Assembly (NCBI RefSeq): GCF_047632995.1
Contig: NZ_JBLIEK010000002.1
Location: forward strand, 6,285 to 70,284
Origin: Psychromonas sp.
GTDB lineage: Bacteria > Pseudomonadota > Gammaproteobacteria > Enterobacterales > Psychromonadaceae
Direction: 5' to 3'
Length of the DNA stretch: 64,000 bases
Within the stretch, counting starts at the first letter, position 1. Each line of letters begins with the position of its first letter. Shown here piece by piece: positions 32,586-42,313 of the stretch. A model generated the notes under the pieces. That model was not told the DNA's origin. It saw only the letters and a program-made list of their open reading frames with translations, and ran no database searches. The position numbers and the translations under genes were made by a program.

Positions 32586-33956
32586 TTATTTACATTTTAT
32601 TGTAAATGAAAAAAGGGTTCTGCCATTTGCAGAGCACACTCGTACATCCCCGCCATGCATTTTGGCGATAGATTGTGTTATCGCTAATCCTAGTCCGACT
32701 CCTTCATGCTTATTATGTGTCCTAGATTTATCGGCTCGATAAAATCTGTCAAATAAATGCGGTACATCGTCAGGAGAAATTGTATCGCCATAATTTTCAA
32801 TCGCGACGGTAACGATATCTTTCACTGTGGATATACTAATTGTTATATCACTACCCGCTAAACTATGCCGCATCGCATTCGAAATTAAGTTACTAAATGC
32901 ACGGCGCAACATAAGTCTGTCACCTTTAATAGTTGCTTGACCTTGTGATTTCAGCTTGATCTCTCTTTCTTCTGCTAAGGCGTCGTAAAACTCGAATAAG
33001 TTTGCTATCTCTTGCTCTAACGCTATATCTTCAGCAGAAACTAATATAAGTTCATTGTCAGATTTAGCTAAAAACAGCATATCCGAAATCATCCGAGCTA
33101 ATCGTTCAAATTCTTCTGAATTTGATACTAAAATTGCCAGGCATTCATCAACAGTCCGAGGTTGTGAAAGACAGACCTGAGTTTGTGTCATCAGATTATT
33201 GACAGGTGTTCGTAACTCATGAGCAATATCGGATGAAAAATCAGATAATCTATTAAAAGCATGCTCAAGGCGTTCAAGCATATTGTTCAGCGTAATTGAT
33301 AAACCGGCAATTTCGATTGGTAATTTTTCTACTGGCATACGTTGTTCAATATCCTTCATAGAAACTAACCTAGCATGTTCTTTTAATATTTCGAGTGGAC
33401 GCAATCCCTGACGAGTTACAAACCACCCAAAAACCCCACTGAGCAGGCCTGAAAGTACGATAAATTTAACCAATGTTTTTTCAAAACTGATGAGAAACTG
33501 TTGATGATGATTAATATTGATAGCAATAGTAACGATTAATAATGAATGTTCAGCATCTCCAAGTGTTAAATCAAATTGTTTTCCACGATATAGATTCTGA
33601 TTATCTTGCCATTGAAATAGGTCGTCTTGTTTCAGTTGCTTCGCTAGTAATGTATCGCTGGGGAATTGTATACCGCCTGATGAATAAACTGTTGTTTGCG
33701 GATTTTTGATATTTACTATTAACCCATTATGCTTATCAACTTCATTTGCTATTTTTGAAAAGTCATTGTTGAAATTACCCGCTAAAATGACAGATTTAAC
33801 GACATGAGTTTTATTGTTCAATAAAATTCGGTCTTGATCTATGAAATGATTTTCTACTGCGTTATTTATAAACCAAGATAAACCGGTTATTACAATCATT
33901 GTCGCGATGGAAAAGAAACAAGTTAAACGAAGTGTTAATGACCGCCGCAGTATCAT
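32586..33956 (-). CDS. cusS: Heavy-metal sensor histidine kinase (CusS/CopS)
   Basis: HFIDQD and NHHQQF periplasmic His, [27 protein letters not shown]. Confidence 0.9.
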   Translation of the reverse strand: MILRRSLTLRLTCFFSIATMIVITGLSWFINNAVENHFIDQDRILLNNKTHVVKSVILAGNFNNDFSKIANEVDKHNGLIVNIKNPQTTVYSSGGIQFPSDTLLAKQLKQDDLFQWQDNQNLYRGKQFDLTLGDAEHSLLIVTIAININHHQQFLISFEKTLVKFIVLSGLLSGVFGWFVTRQGLRPLEILKEHARLVSMKDIEQRMPVEKLPIEIAGLSITLNNMLERLEHAFNRLSDFSSDIAHELRTPVNNLMTQTQVCLSQPRTVDECLAILVSNSEEFERLARMISDMLFLAKSDNELILVSAEDIALEQEIANLFEFYDALAEEREIKLKSQGQATIKGDRLMLRRAFSNLISNAMRHSLAGSDITISISTVKDIVTVAIENYGDTISPDDVPHLFDRFYRADKSRTHNKHEGVGLGLAITQSIAKMHGGDVRVCSANGRTLFSFTIKCK

Positions 33957-34639
33957 ATTTCTTCCGGGAGTTCTAATACGTAGCCCATACCACGAATGGT
34001 CTGGATAAGTTTGGGTTCAAAATCCACATCAATTTTATTGCGTAAACGACGTACAGATACATCAATAACATTAGTGTCACTATCAAAATTCATATCCCAT
34101 ACTTGAGATGCAATTAACGCTCTTGATAGCACTTCGCCTTGGCGTCGCATAAAAAGCTCCAGTAAAGAAAACTCTTTTGCAGTTAAGGTGATATTTTTCC
34201 CCGAGCGAGAGACGCGACGTCGAAGGAGATCAAGTTGTAAATCTGCAATCACCAAATTGGTAGATTCCGGACTAGCAAAATGACCCCGCTTGAGAATTGA
34301 ACGAATTCTGGCTAACAATTCAGAAAAAGAAAAGGGCTTAATTAAATAATCATCAGCCCCCAACTCAAGACCTTTTACTCTATCTTCCACTTGATCTCTG
34401 GCAGTTAAAAATATAACCGGCGTTTCATTTTTGTTCTTTCGCAAGGTTTCCAGTATTTGCCAACCATTTAGTTCTGGTAGCATTACATCCAATATAAGTA
34501 AATCGTACTCATTAGAAAGAGCATGGTATAAGCCATCATTTCCATTGGTAGCCAAATTTGTAATAAATCCTGATTCTGTCAGACCTTGTTGCAAATATTT
34601 CCCGGTCTTTGGCTCATCTTCTACAATTAGTATTTTCAT
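33953..34639 (-). CDS. cusR: Heavy-metal response regulator (CusR/CopR)
   Basis: [34 protein letters not shown]. Confidence 0.92.
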   Translation of the reverse strand: MKILIVEDEPKTGKYLQQGLTESGFITNLATNGNDGLYHALSNEYDLLILDVMLPELNGWQILETLRKNKNETPVIFLTARDQVEDRVKGLELGADDYLIKPFSFSELLARIRSILKRGHFASPESTNLVIADLQLDLLRRRVSRSGKNITLTAKEFSLLELFMRRQGEVLSRALIASQVWDMNFDSDTNVIDVSVRRLRNKIDVDFEPKLIQTIRGMGYVLELPEEI

Positions 34640-34829
34640 CTTTCAACCTTTATGGGAAGTCATTACTCACATTGGAAAATGTTAAACCTTAAATGAGACT
34701 TAGCAACAAATAATACTTATACCACTTGGATAGATACATGAGTTTTTAGTTAAACTAACACGAGGATTAATCCATGTGAAAAAAATAAACGTTACAGGAT
34801 ATAGATAGCTTACCCCATAACGTTTTAAA

Positions 34830-35297
34830 TCACTTTATTTCAACTTTACCCTTCATTCCAGCTTCCCAATGACCGGGTATTAAACAGGCAAAATCAACGT
34901 TACCTGCTTGACCGAATGTCCATATAATATCGCCTGCTTGCCCGCCTTTAAGGCTGACCATATTGGGTTCTTGATGTTGCATGTCAGGCATTTTACGCAT
35001 CATCTGTGCGTGTGCTTTAAGTTTTTCAGTATTACCAATAACTAATTCATGTTGCAATTTCCCTGTGTTTTTAACAGAGAAGCGGATCGTTTCCCCTACT
35101 TCAACTTTAATCTGACTCGGAGAAAAACGCATAGTATCGCTCATTTCAACCTCGACGGTTCGGCTAACGTCGGCGGAATAACCAGGCGTTCCCGCACTTA
35201 GCGCTTTTTCCTCTTCGTTATGGCTACCATGATCTCCCCCTGCAAAACTTAGGCTCGGCAATAGACTCAGTAGTAATAATGTAAGTATCTTTTTCAT
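34830..35297 (-). CDS. Periplasmic cupredoxin (CopI-like)
   Basis: Signal, His-rich GGDHGSH, HELVIG, HAQMMRKMPDMQH, FACLIPGHWEAGM. Confidence 0.85.
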   Translation of the reverse strand: MKKILTLLLLSLLPSLSFAGGDHGSHNEEEKALSAGTPGYSADVSRTVEVEMSDTMRFSPSQIKVEVGETIRFSVKNTGKLQHELVIGNTEKLKAHAQMMRKMPDMQHQEPNMVSLKGGQAGDIIWTFGQAGNVDFACLIPGHWEAGMKGKVEIK

Positions 35298-35476
35298 ATT
35301 AATATTCCTTGTAGAATTTTTTTCTTGTTAATTAAAATCATAAATTTTTCGTTCCATTATCGTCTTGCGGTGTATTGACACCTTAAACTCGGTATACATA
35401 ACACGGCTGCTAATAGGAGTTTCAATCTCTAACGCCAAGCCTACAGCACCGTTTCTTTCTGTAACATGACAGGGAC

Positions 35477-35491
35477 ATTACAAATCTGTCA
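35477..35491 (-). promoter_or_regulatory. cop box (CopR/CusR-type site)
   Basis: TGACA-GATT-TGTAAT about 180 bp upstream of the cupredoxin gene. Confidence 0.7.
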
Positions 35492-35777
35492 TCTTCCTGT
35501 ATTTGCAGGCTTGAACTGTAAATACAGGAATATAGTGAGCTACAATTTGAACATAGATTGTGATTAGCAAATTGGGTAAATACAAGAATGGTGCTAGATG
35601 AATAAGAAGTGCTAGCTTGTGCTAAATATTAAGACTCATATTCCGGACTTATCAATGTAAATAGACCATTTAATAAGTTAATACCGGTTTTAATCTTCCT
35701 GATAATAAAGGGATATATTTATTCCATCGTCAGGTGCAAATGTATTCTGGCACGTTAAAAATCGAGTGAGGTAAATT

Positions 35778-36128
35778 ATGTCGTTAAAAAAAGTAACTGC
35801 TATTTTTAATGAGTTAAAACTGAATGATGTAGAGGATGCACTGCGTAAACATTCAATCACGGGATACACCATTCATAAAACAGAGGGACGAGGACATTAT
35901 GTTGATACCTACAACAAAAATCATCTTTCACCTCATATTCAAATGGACATTTACACCAGTGAAAAATACGCCTCTAAAATGGCTAATATAATTATTGATG
36001 CGGCACATGCCAATACAGAAGACGAAGGCCTAGTAAGTATTACACCTGTCGATGATTTATTTTGGATACACACAAAACGACTTGCTCAAGAAGATAAATT
36101 TACAATGCTAGAGCTAGAAAATGACTAA
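35778..36128 (+). CDS. P-II-like protein in a metal-resistance context
   Basis: KKVTAIF...LNDVEDAL...GYTIHKTEGRG...GLVSITPV P-II pattern; GAGG RBS. Confidence 0.8.
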   Translation: MSLKKVTAIFNELKLNDVEDALRKHSITGYTIHKTEGRGHYVDTYNKNHLSPHIQMDIYTSEKYASKMANIIIDAAHANTEDEGLVSITPVDDLFWIHTKRLAQEDKFTMLELEND

Positions 36129-36284
36129 ACATCGCTGCAATTTTGGGCTACTCCAACAGGTTGGAACGCTCATTTTCGTCATCCTCTGTATGCTGCATTC
36201 ACCATGTTCATGTTTCCAAATTTAATAACCCAATATCATAAAATAACTAGGAGAATCTAATGATGATGGGGGAAATGATGGAAC

Positions 36285-36422
36285 ATGAGCGAGCTAGAAC
36301 GCCATATTGGTGTTAAAGAAGTCAATTTAGCCCTTAGTAATAGAAGTTACACCATGTTAATGACGATAACAAATGACTACTGTTTAATGAAATTGTCCCT
36401 GTTTTTTTGGGGAGCAGGTTAA
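36285..36422 (+). pseudogene. Truncated paralog fragment of the 39643 gene
   Basis: MSELERHIGVKEVNL vs MNNIEHRIGVTEVNL; similarity ends after about 15 codons. Confidence 0.55.
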
Positions 36423-36597
36423 AAGGAAATTAGTAAATTGAATTATATTTCGACAATAGATTACTATTGGCTGACAGCACAAACACAAAGTCATATGTCG
36501 CTTAACGCATCAAATCTCACCTTAACTACTGCAACAGATTGTTTTTAAACAACGATAATCATTACCGCCATCACATTAAATTAAAACAGCAATCAAG

Positions 36598-36628
36598 TTG
36601 ACCTTACCCTAGGGGTAACGACTAAGCT
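36598..36628 (+). promoter_or_regulatory. CueR/MerR-type promoter of the copA operon
   Basis: TTGACC-TTACCCTAGGGGTAACGAC(19 bp)-TAAGCT. Confidence 0.88.
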
Positions 36629-36669
36629 AATCATTAGGATTACAGTCGTAAACTGAATAAGGAGGGTGT

Positions 36670-39207
36670 ATGTCTTTATCCGCAAACTTAAAGTTGCCTA
36701 TCTATGGTATGACCTGCACGGGTTGTGCGAGTCGATTGCAAACCGCATTCAATGCAATAGAGGGCATTCATGCTGAAGTTGATTTTGCATCAAAGAGTGC
36801 AGAATTTACTATTGACGATAGCCTAGATCATGACGACGCTTTAAAATCAATTCTGATTTTGATTGAACAAAAAGGCTACAAAACAGCGTTATCACCTGAA
36901 GATGATGCAATACATCACGGCCAGTCAGCACAGACTCAATCATCAACAAGTAAAGATTCTCATTCATCCGGCGTTAATACACAAGAGTTACTTCTAGAGG
37001 GCGTGACCTGCGCAAGCTGTGTCAGCAAGATAGAAAAAGCCTTAAATGCTTTGCCTGATGTTCAACAAGCGCAAATAAACTTTGCCCTCAGAACCGCATC
37101 TATTACAGGTGATGTTGATACAGAAACGCTAATAAAAACCATTGAAGCGGCTGGATATAACGCTAAAAGTACAGACAATGCCAGTGACGAGATGCTACTC
37201 GATGAAAAAGAGAAAGCGGAACAAAAGTATTATAAGAAACTGATATTGCAGGTGTGGATCGGCTTAGGTTTAGGGATTCCATTAATGGCATATGGCCTTA
37301 TGGGCGGACCTATGACCGTCAATTCCCCCATAGAGCGTGCTGTTTGGTTGGTCATTGGTCTTATCTGTGCTGCCGTAATGTATTTTGCGGGTAAACATTT
37401 TTATATCGGCGCATGGAAATCTTTTATTAATCATAACGCTAATATGGATACCTTAATTGCATTAGGGACTGGCACTGCATGGTTATATTCAATGCTTGTG
37501 GTTATCTATCCACTGGCTTTCCCCGAAATGGCAAGACATGTCTATTTTGAAGCGACCGCAATGATCATAGGTTTAATTAATTTAGGGTTAGCGCTTGAAG
37601 TCAAAGCGCGTGGTCGTACCAGCGAAGCGATACAGCGATTAATTGGCTTGCAACCGAAAACCGCACGCGTTATTCGTGATGGCAAGGATATTGATATTGC
37701 CATTGAACAGGTCTTATTAAATGATCTGGTTCGCGTTCGCCCCGGTGAATGTATTCCTGTCGATGGCGAAGTTAACGAGGGGAAAACAACGATTGACGAG
37801 TCGATGCTAACTGGCGAGCCAATGCCGGTCAAAAAAACACAAGGTGATGAGGTTGTTGCCGGTTCCATTAATAAAAGTGGATCTATTGTTTTTAAAGCGA
37901 CTCGCGTCGGTAAAGATACAGCGCTCGCGCAAATAATTAAGATGGTTAAACGAGCACAAAACTCTAAGCCGCCCATCGGACGATTAGCTGATATTATCGC
38001 TTCCTATTTTGTCCCGGTCATTATGATTATTTCAATTACCAGTGCCCTGGTCTGGTTAAACTTCGGTCCGGAGCCCAGCATTGCTTTTGCCGTTGTCTCA
38101 GCAACAACCGTACTTATTATTGCTTGCCCATGTGCATTAGGGCTGGCAACACCTATGTCGGTGATGGTTGGTGTGGGTAAAGCGGCGGAAGCTGGCATCC
38201 TTATTCGCAATGGTGAAGCGCTACAAAACGCTTCAAAAATCACCACTATGGTCCTGGATAAAACCGGCACTATTACCTTAGGAGAGCCTAAAGTAACGGA
38301 TATTTATCGCGTTAATTCAATGGACGACAATCAAATCTTACAATTAGCGGCAAGTTTAGAAATTGGCTCTGAACATCCACTGGCACAAGCGATTGTAGAA
38401 TCCGCAAATGAACGAGGCTTGCAAACAGATAAAGTCGAACATTTTAATGCTATTGCTGGCCAAGGCGTAGAGGGACAAGTTCGCGATAAAGGTTTACTTT
38501 TTGGCAATCAAAAACTAATGGTTGAACAAGGCATCAGTATTAATAAAGAAACACAGGATGTTAGCCTGAAAATGGCAGGCGAGGCTAAAACCCCTATATT
38601 TTTCGCTATTGATGGTCATTTAGCAGCGGTTATCGCCGTTGCCGATCCGATCAAAGAAGATTCTATTTCAGCTATCAAACGGCTACAAAACAATGGTATT
38701 CGAGTAGTCATGCTCACTGGTGATAATCAGGCAACGGCAAAAGCTGTGGCGCAAAAAGTAGGTATAACAGATTTTTTTGCTGAAGTACTACCAGAAGAAA
38801 AATCACAAAAAGTGGCTGAATTACAGGCGCAGGGTGAAATAGTCGGTATGACTGGAGACGGCATTAACGATGCCCCCGCACTTGCGCTTGCTAATGTTGG
38901 CTTTGCAATAGGAACCGGGACGGATGTGGCGATAGAAAGTGCCGATATCACATTAATGCGCGGCTCTTTACATGGCCTTGCCGATGCAATCTCCGTGAGC
39001 AAAGCCACCTTACGTAATATCAAACAAAATCTAGTGGGTGCCTTTATTTATAACGCTGCAGGAGTTCCTCTCGCCGCGGGGGTTTTATTCCCATTATTTG
39101 GCTTGTTACTTAATCCTGTTATTGCAGGCGCTGCAATGGCATTTTCATCTTTAACCGTGGTCAGTAATGCTAACCGTTTACGTTTTTTTAAACCACAAGA
39201 TCACTAG
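36670..39207 (+). CDS. copA: Cu(I)-exporting P1B-type ATPase
   Basis: MTCTGC and VTCASC MBDs, TGEP, IACPCALG, DKTGT, EHPLA, GDGINDAP, YN and MAFSS motifs. Confidence 0.96.
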   Translation: MSLSANLKLPIYGMTCTGCASRLQTAFNAIEGIHAEVDFASKSAEFTIDDSLDHDDALKSILILIEQKGYKTALSPEDDAIHHGQSAQTQSSTSKDSHSSGVNTQELLLEGVTCASCVSKIEKALNALPDVQQAQINFALRTASITGDVDTETLIKTIEAAGYNAKSTDNASDEMLLDEKEKAEQKYYKKLILQVWIGLGLGIPLMAYGLMGGPMTVNSPIERAVWLVIGLICAAVMYFAGKHFYIGAWKSFINHNANMDTLIALGTGTAWLYSMLVVIYPLAFPEMARHVYFEATAMIIGLINLGLALEVKARGRTSEAIQRLIGLQPKTARVIRDGKDIDIAIEQVLLNDLVRVRPGECIPVDGEVNEGKTTIDESMLTGEPMPVKKTQGDEVVAGSINKSGSIVFKATRVGKDTALAQIIKMVKRAQNSKPPIGRLADIIASYFVPVIMIISITSALVWLNFGPEPSIAFAVVSATTVLIIACPCALGLATPMSVMVGVGKAAEAGILIRNGEALQNASKITTMVLDKTGTITLGEPKVTDIYRVNSMDDNQILQLAASLEIGSEHPLAQAIVESANERGLQTDKVEHFNAIAGQGVEGQVRDKGLLFGNQKLMVEQGISINKETQDVSLKMAGEAKTPIFFAIDGHLAAVIAVADPIKEDSISAIKRLQNNGIRVVMLTGDNQATAKAVAQKVGITDFFAEVLPEEKSQKVAELQAQGEIVGMTGDGINDAPALALANVGFAIGTGTDVAIESADITLMRGSLHGLADAISVSKATLRNIKQNLVGAFIYNAAGVPLAAGVLFPLFGLLLNPVIAGAAMAFSSLTVVSNANRLRFFKPQDH

Positions 39208-39216
39208 GAAAAAATT

Positions 39217-39585
39217 ATGTTAGTTATTAACCTTGTTGGAATTGCTTTAATTGTTTTAATTATCTGGTGGTTTTGGCTTTACTCTCCAAAGAAAAAGCAA
39301 AAAACATCAGCAAATAAAAGCAATGGAGGGATAAGTGTTGTTGTGCAAGATGGTGTTTATCAACCATCAACAATAGTATTAAGCACTAATACAGCCACTA
39401 CACTTAAATTTACACGTAAAGATCCTAGCCCATGCGCTGAGATGGTTATCTTTCCTGATCTAGAAATAAGTGCAGAGTTACCGTTAAACAAAACTCTTGA
39501 AATTCCACTGCCCAAGATGAAAAAAGGGAAATATGTATTTCACTGTCAAATGCAGATGTACAAAGGTTATCTAGTCGTTGAGTAA
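39217..39585 (+). CDS. Membrane-anchored cupredoxin-domain protein (CupA-like)
   Basis: N-terminal TM, SPCAEMVIFP, FHCQMQMYKG. Confidence 0.8.
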   Translation: MLVINLVGIALIVLIIWWFWLYSPKKKQKTSANKSNGGISVVVQDGVYQPSTIVLSTNTATTLKFTRKDPSPCAEMVIFPDLEISAELPLNKTLEIPLPKMKKGKYVFHCQMQMYKGYLVVE

Positions 39586-39642
39586 ATAATCTTGCAGATC
39601 TTCATGTTTAAAAATGCAGCCGATATAAGTACGGAGGAAGTT

Positions 39643-40008
39643 ATGAATAATATCGAGCACCGAATCGGTGTTACAGAAGTTAATTTAGTTATCCGAAAAC
39701 TTCAACTAACAGGACTAACTGAATTTAACCGGGCGAAAATCATCTCTGAAATAGATGCAGCTTTTGGCATTGATAACGTAACACTTGATATTAAAGACGG
39801 TCTACTGCAGATGGCTTATGATGTCACTCATCTGAATTTAGATGCCATTGAACTCATCGTACGTAAGCATGGTGCAGATATCTCTAGCAGTTGGTGGAAC
39901 CATTTAAAAGAAGGTTATTATAAGTTCGTTGATCAAAATATGCTGGAAAATATCAAACATAAGCCATCTTGTTGCAGTCGACCACCTCAAGGCACGAAAC
40001 ACAAATAG
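39643..40008 (+). CDS. HMA-like hypothetical protein of the copA operon
   Basis: GGAGG RBS before ATG 39643; ferredoxin-like pattern, C-terminal HKPSCCSRPP. Confidence 0.65.
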   Translation: MNNIEHRIGVTEVNLVIRKLQLTGLTEFNRAKIISEIDAAFGIDNVTLDIKDGLLQMAYDVTHLNLDAIELIVRKHGADISSSWWNHLKEGYYKFVDQNMLENIKHKPSCCSRPPQGTKHK

Positions 40009-40086
40009 CGAATAGGTTAATCGTGTTTTGTAACATCCCTAAAAATCAGCATTTAAAAAACGCAAGAATTTAAAGGAAAATTAGTC

Positions 40087-40476
40087 ATGTTAACTATCAG
40101 CCAAGTAGCTAAAGAAACGAGTTTATCTGTTAAATCTATTCGTTATTACGAACAGATAGGTTTAACCAGTGCACCACCTCGTAGCGAAAATGATTACCGC
40201 TATTATCCAAGCGCTTTAATCAAACAACTACATTTTATAAAAAAAACCAAAGACGCAGGCTTTAGTTTAAAAGAAAGTAAAGAATTATTAGCGTTATCTG
40301 AAAATAGCGGTAGAAGAAGTGCCGATGTAAAAGCGCTTCTATCTCAAAAAATTGAAGAATTACAAACAAAAATAAATCGAGAACAAGAGCTACTAGAGAG
40401 ATTGAAAAACATCACCCAAAAATGTTGTGGAGATGAAAAACCAAATTGCCCAATTATTGATGAATTTGCAAATTAA
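40087..40476 (+). CDS. cueR: Cu(I)-responsive MerR-family regulator
   Basis: SIRYYEQIGL, RSENDYRYY, C-terminal CCGDEKPNCPII. Confidence 0.93.
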   Translation: MLTISQVAKETSLSVKSIRYYEQIGLTSAPPRSENDYRYYPSALIKQLHFIKKTKDAGFSLKESKELLALSENSGRRSADVKALLSQKIEELQTKINREQELLERLKNITQKCCGDEKPNCPIIDEFAN

Positions 40477-40673
40477 GGGAGAGGTGAAATTCCATATGTT
40501 TTCCAAATTTAGGGTTGCAGCATAATAAAAGATATATTTCGCTCCTGCTTTTTAAATAATAAAAGCCTTTTTTATGCCAACCTTCCCTTTAATGTTGGTG
40601 TTTTTTCACGCGCATATTTAAAGCACGTCACTATCGCACTCTATCAGCCAAATTCTTAGTCACCTATAAATGA

Positions 40674-40696
40674 AAACAGCGCTCTCAGCGCTGTTT
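40674..40696 (-). terminator. Terminator after the DUF411 gene
   Basis: AAACAGCGC-loop-GCGCTGTTT(T). Confidence 0.65.
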
Positions 40697-40722
40697 ATAT
40701 GAAATAACCAGTTCAACCACTA

Positions 40723-41178
40723 TTATTTATTGGAAACATGATATTCGTTATACACCATCGTTTTTCCGTCTTTTCTAAAAGCAATGACTTGATACGGATC
40801 CGTATTGTTAGGTACGTCCATTCCAAGTGATGAAGCAGGCATACCCGGAACCGCTATTCCTGTAATGCCAGGTCTCTCTTTTAATAAGCGTTTTATATCA
40901 GCAAGCGGAACATGCCCTTCCAGCACATACCCGTCTACCGTTGCAGTATGGCAAGCTGCAAGATCGGGTGTGATTCCATAAGCTTTGTGCTGTTGATTAT
41001 TATTGGCTTGCTCTATCACTGTTACTTCAAAACCCGCTTTTTCAACGTGTTTGGCCCACGCTTTACAACAACCGCAATAAGGTGATTTGTATAAGGTCAT
41101 TTCGGTTGCAAATGCACTGCCCGCGAAAAGAGAAAGGCTAATAAGAAGTGTTTTAAATTTATTCATAATATTGTCCAT
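40723..41178 (-). CDS. CopG-like DUF411 periplasmic metal-binding protein
   Basis: YKSPYCGCCKAW, ACHTA, EGHVP, AVPGMP; start may be 41166. Confidence 0.9.
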   Translation of the reverse strand: MDNIMNKFKTLLISLSLFAGSAFATEMTLYKSPYCGCCKAWAKHVEKAGFEVTVIEQANNNQQHKAYGITPDLAACHTATVDGYVLEGHVPLADIKRLLKERPGITGIAVPGMPASSLGMDVPNNTDPYQVIAFRKDGKTMVYNEYHVSNK

Positions 41179-41216
41179 TTTTGATTGTCAGAATAAGTTG
41201 TTTATAGCGTAAATTA

Positions 41217-41546
41217 TTAAGTCAGAACATGGATAATTGGAGGTCGAAATAGACGCGAGCTATGTTGGCTGAGTCGATCTCTTTTATAATCAAAAAAGTC
41301 TAACCGCGCAAAAAATAGCGTTTCATTTAAATAATTTAATTGTTGATCTGCAAAAGATAAAACAGAAGCGGTTGAACAACAGTTATTCGTATTCTTATCA
41401 GTGTTCTCATTATCATTACTTATGCAGCTTTCTATGGCAGACATAGAAGGATCCGTTGCTAGTTCAGCTTGCGCTGAAAACACACCGATAAATATTAATG
41501 ATATTATTAAGAAAATATTTAAGCTTAGTTTCATAAACTTGCACAA
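41217..41546 (-). CDS. Second small exported-type protein ending in RPP
   Basis: Hydrophobic N-terminus, CC motif, RLFRPPIIH; first gene after a CueR promoter; start may be 41534. Confidence 0.6.
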   Translation of the reverse strand: MCKFMKLSLNIFLIISLIFIGVFSAQAELATDPSMSAIESCISNDNENTDKNTNNCCSTASVLSFADQQLNYLNETLFFARLDFFDYKRDRLSQHSSRLFRPPIIHVLT

Positions 41547-41563
41547 TTAGGTTAGATACAAAA

Positions 41564-41594
41564 ATAATAAACCATCCCCTTAGGGTAATGTCAA
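41564..41594 (-). promoter_or_regulatory. CueR/MerR-type promoter of the RPP-DUF411 unit
   Basis: TTGACA-TTACCCTAAGGGGATGGTT(19 bp)-TATTAT. Confidence 0.85.
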
Positions 41595-41762
41595 AGATAA
41601 AGTTAAATTTTTCGTGAAATAGACCCTGCGCCTGCTCGCTAATGGTGTTGATTATTAACGAGTGTTTCGCCCTGACGGCATATGATGATAAGAAACCAAA
41701 CGCAGTTTGCTGTGAACGTTTGGTTTTAGAAAACCGCGACACCCGTAATGCATTCGCTACTT

Positions 41763-42116
41763 TTATTTGTTATCAACACTCTGTGCTTCTACTTCAGCTG
41801 CTAACTTATCCATGGGGATTGCGATTTCTGACGGAACTTCATTATTTAAGGCGACACCATAAAGAAGCACCAGCATACAAACCATTGATGCGCCAAATAT
41901 TGCAATATTTCGATTCTTTAGGTAATTGACTATCGACTTTAAATTGGAGAACAGATGCCCTATAACTGCAAGTATCATTATCAAACCAAAGAGCTTATGC
42001 ACAGGGTGCATTTGAATAGTAAAAGATGGCCTCTCTATAAAAAACATCATCAACCCTGACGTAGACATGGCGATAAATGAGACAAATAACGCGACTGAAA
42101 CAATTTTTCTGAACAT
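41763..42116 (-). CDS. DUF4405-like membrane protein
   Basis: SFIAMSTSGLMM, HPVHKLFG, IGHLFSN; GAGG before ATG 42116. Confidence 0.7.
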   Translation of the reverse strand: MFRKIVSVALFVSFIAMSTSGLMMFFIERPSFTIQMHPVHKLFGLIMILAVIGHLFSNLKSIVNYLKNRNIAIFGASMVCMLVLLYGVALNNEVPSEIAIPMDKLAAEVEAQSVDNK

Positions 42117-42313
42117 ATAAAATCCTCTTTTTAGTTCTTTTGCTATTAACCGTTTTATAGATCTCGCCGCCACGTAAAAAGCGTTATGATCTGAATTAAA
42201 AGGTGGGAATACCCATTTAAATCAACAGTTGAATAATTTATGACTATTTTACAATGTGCTCACTTAATTATTTCTTTTGGAATTAGCCGTAGTAGATCAA
42301 TCTGCCGCTTTTT

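Noticed and set aside
35745-35760. Sigma54 site TGGCACG upstream of the P-II gene
   Set aside because: The -12 GC element is missing at the required spacing
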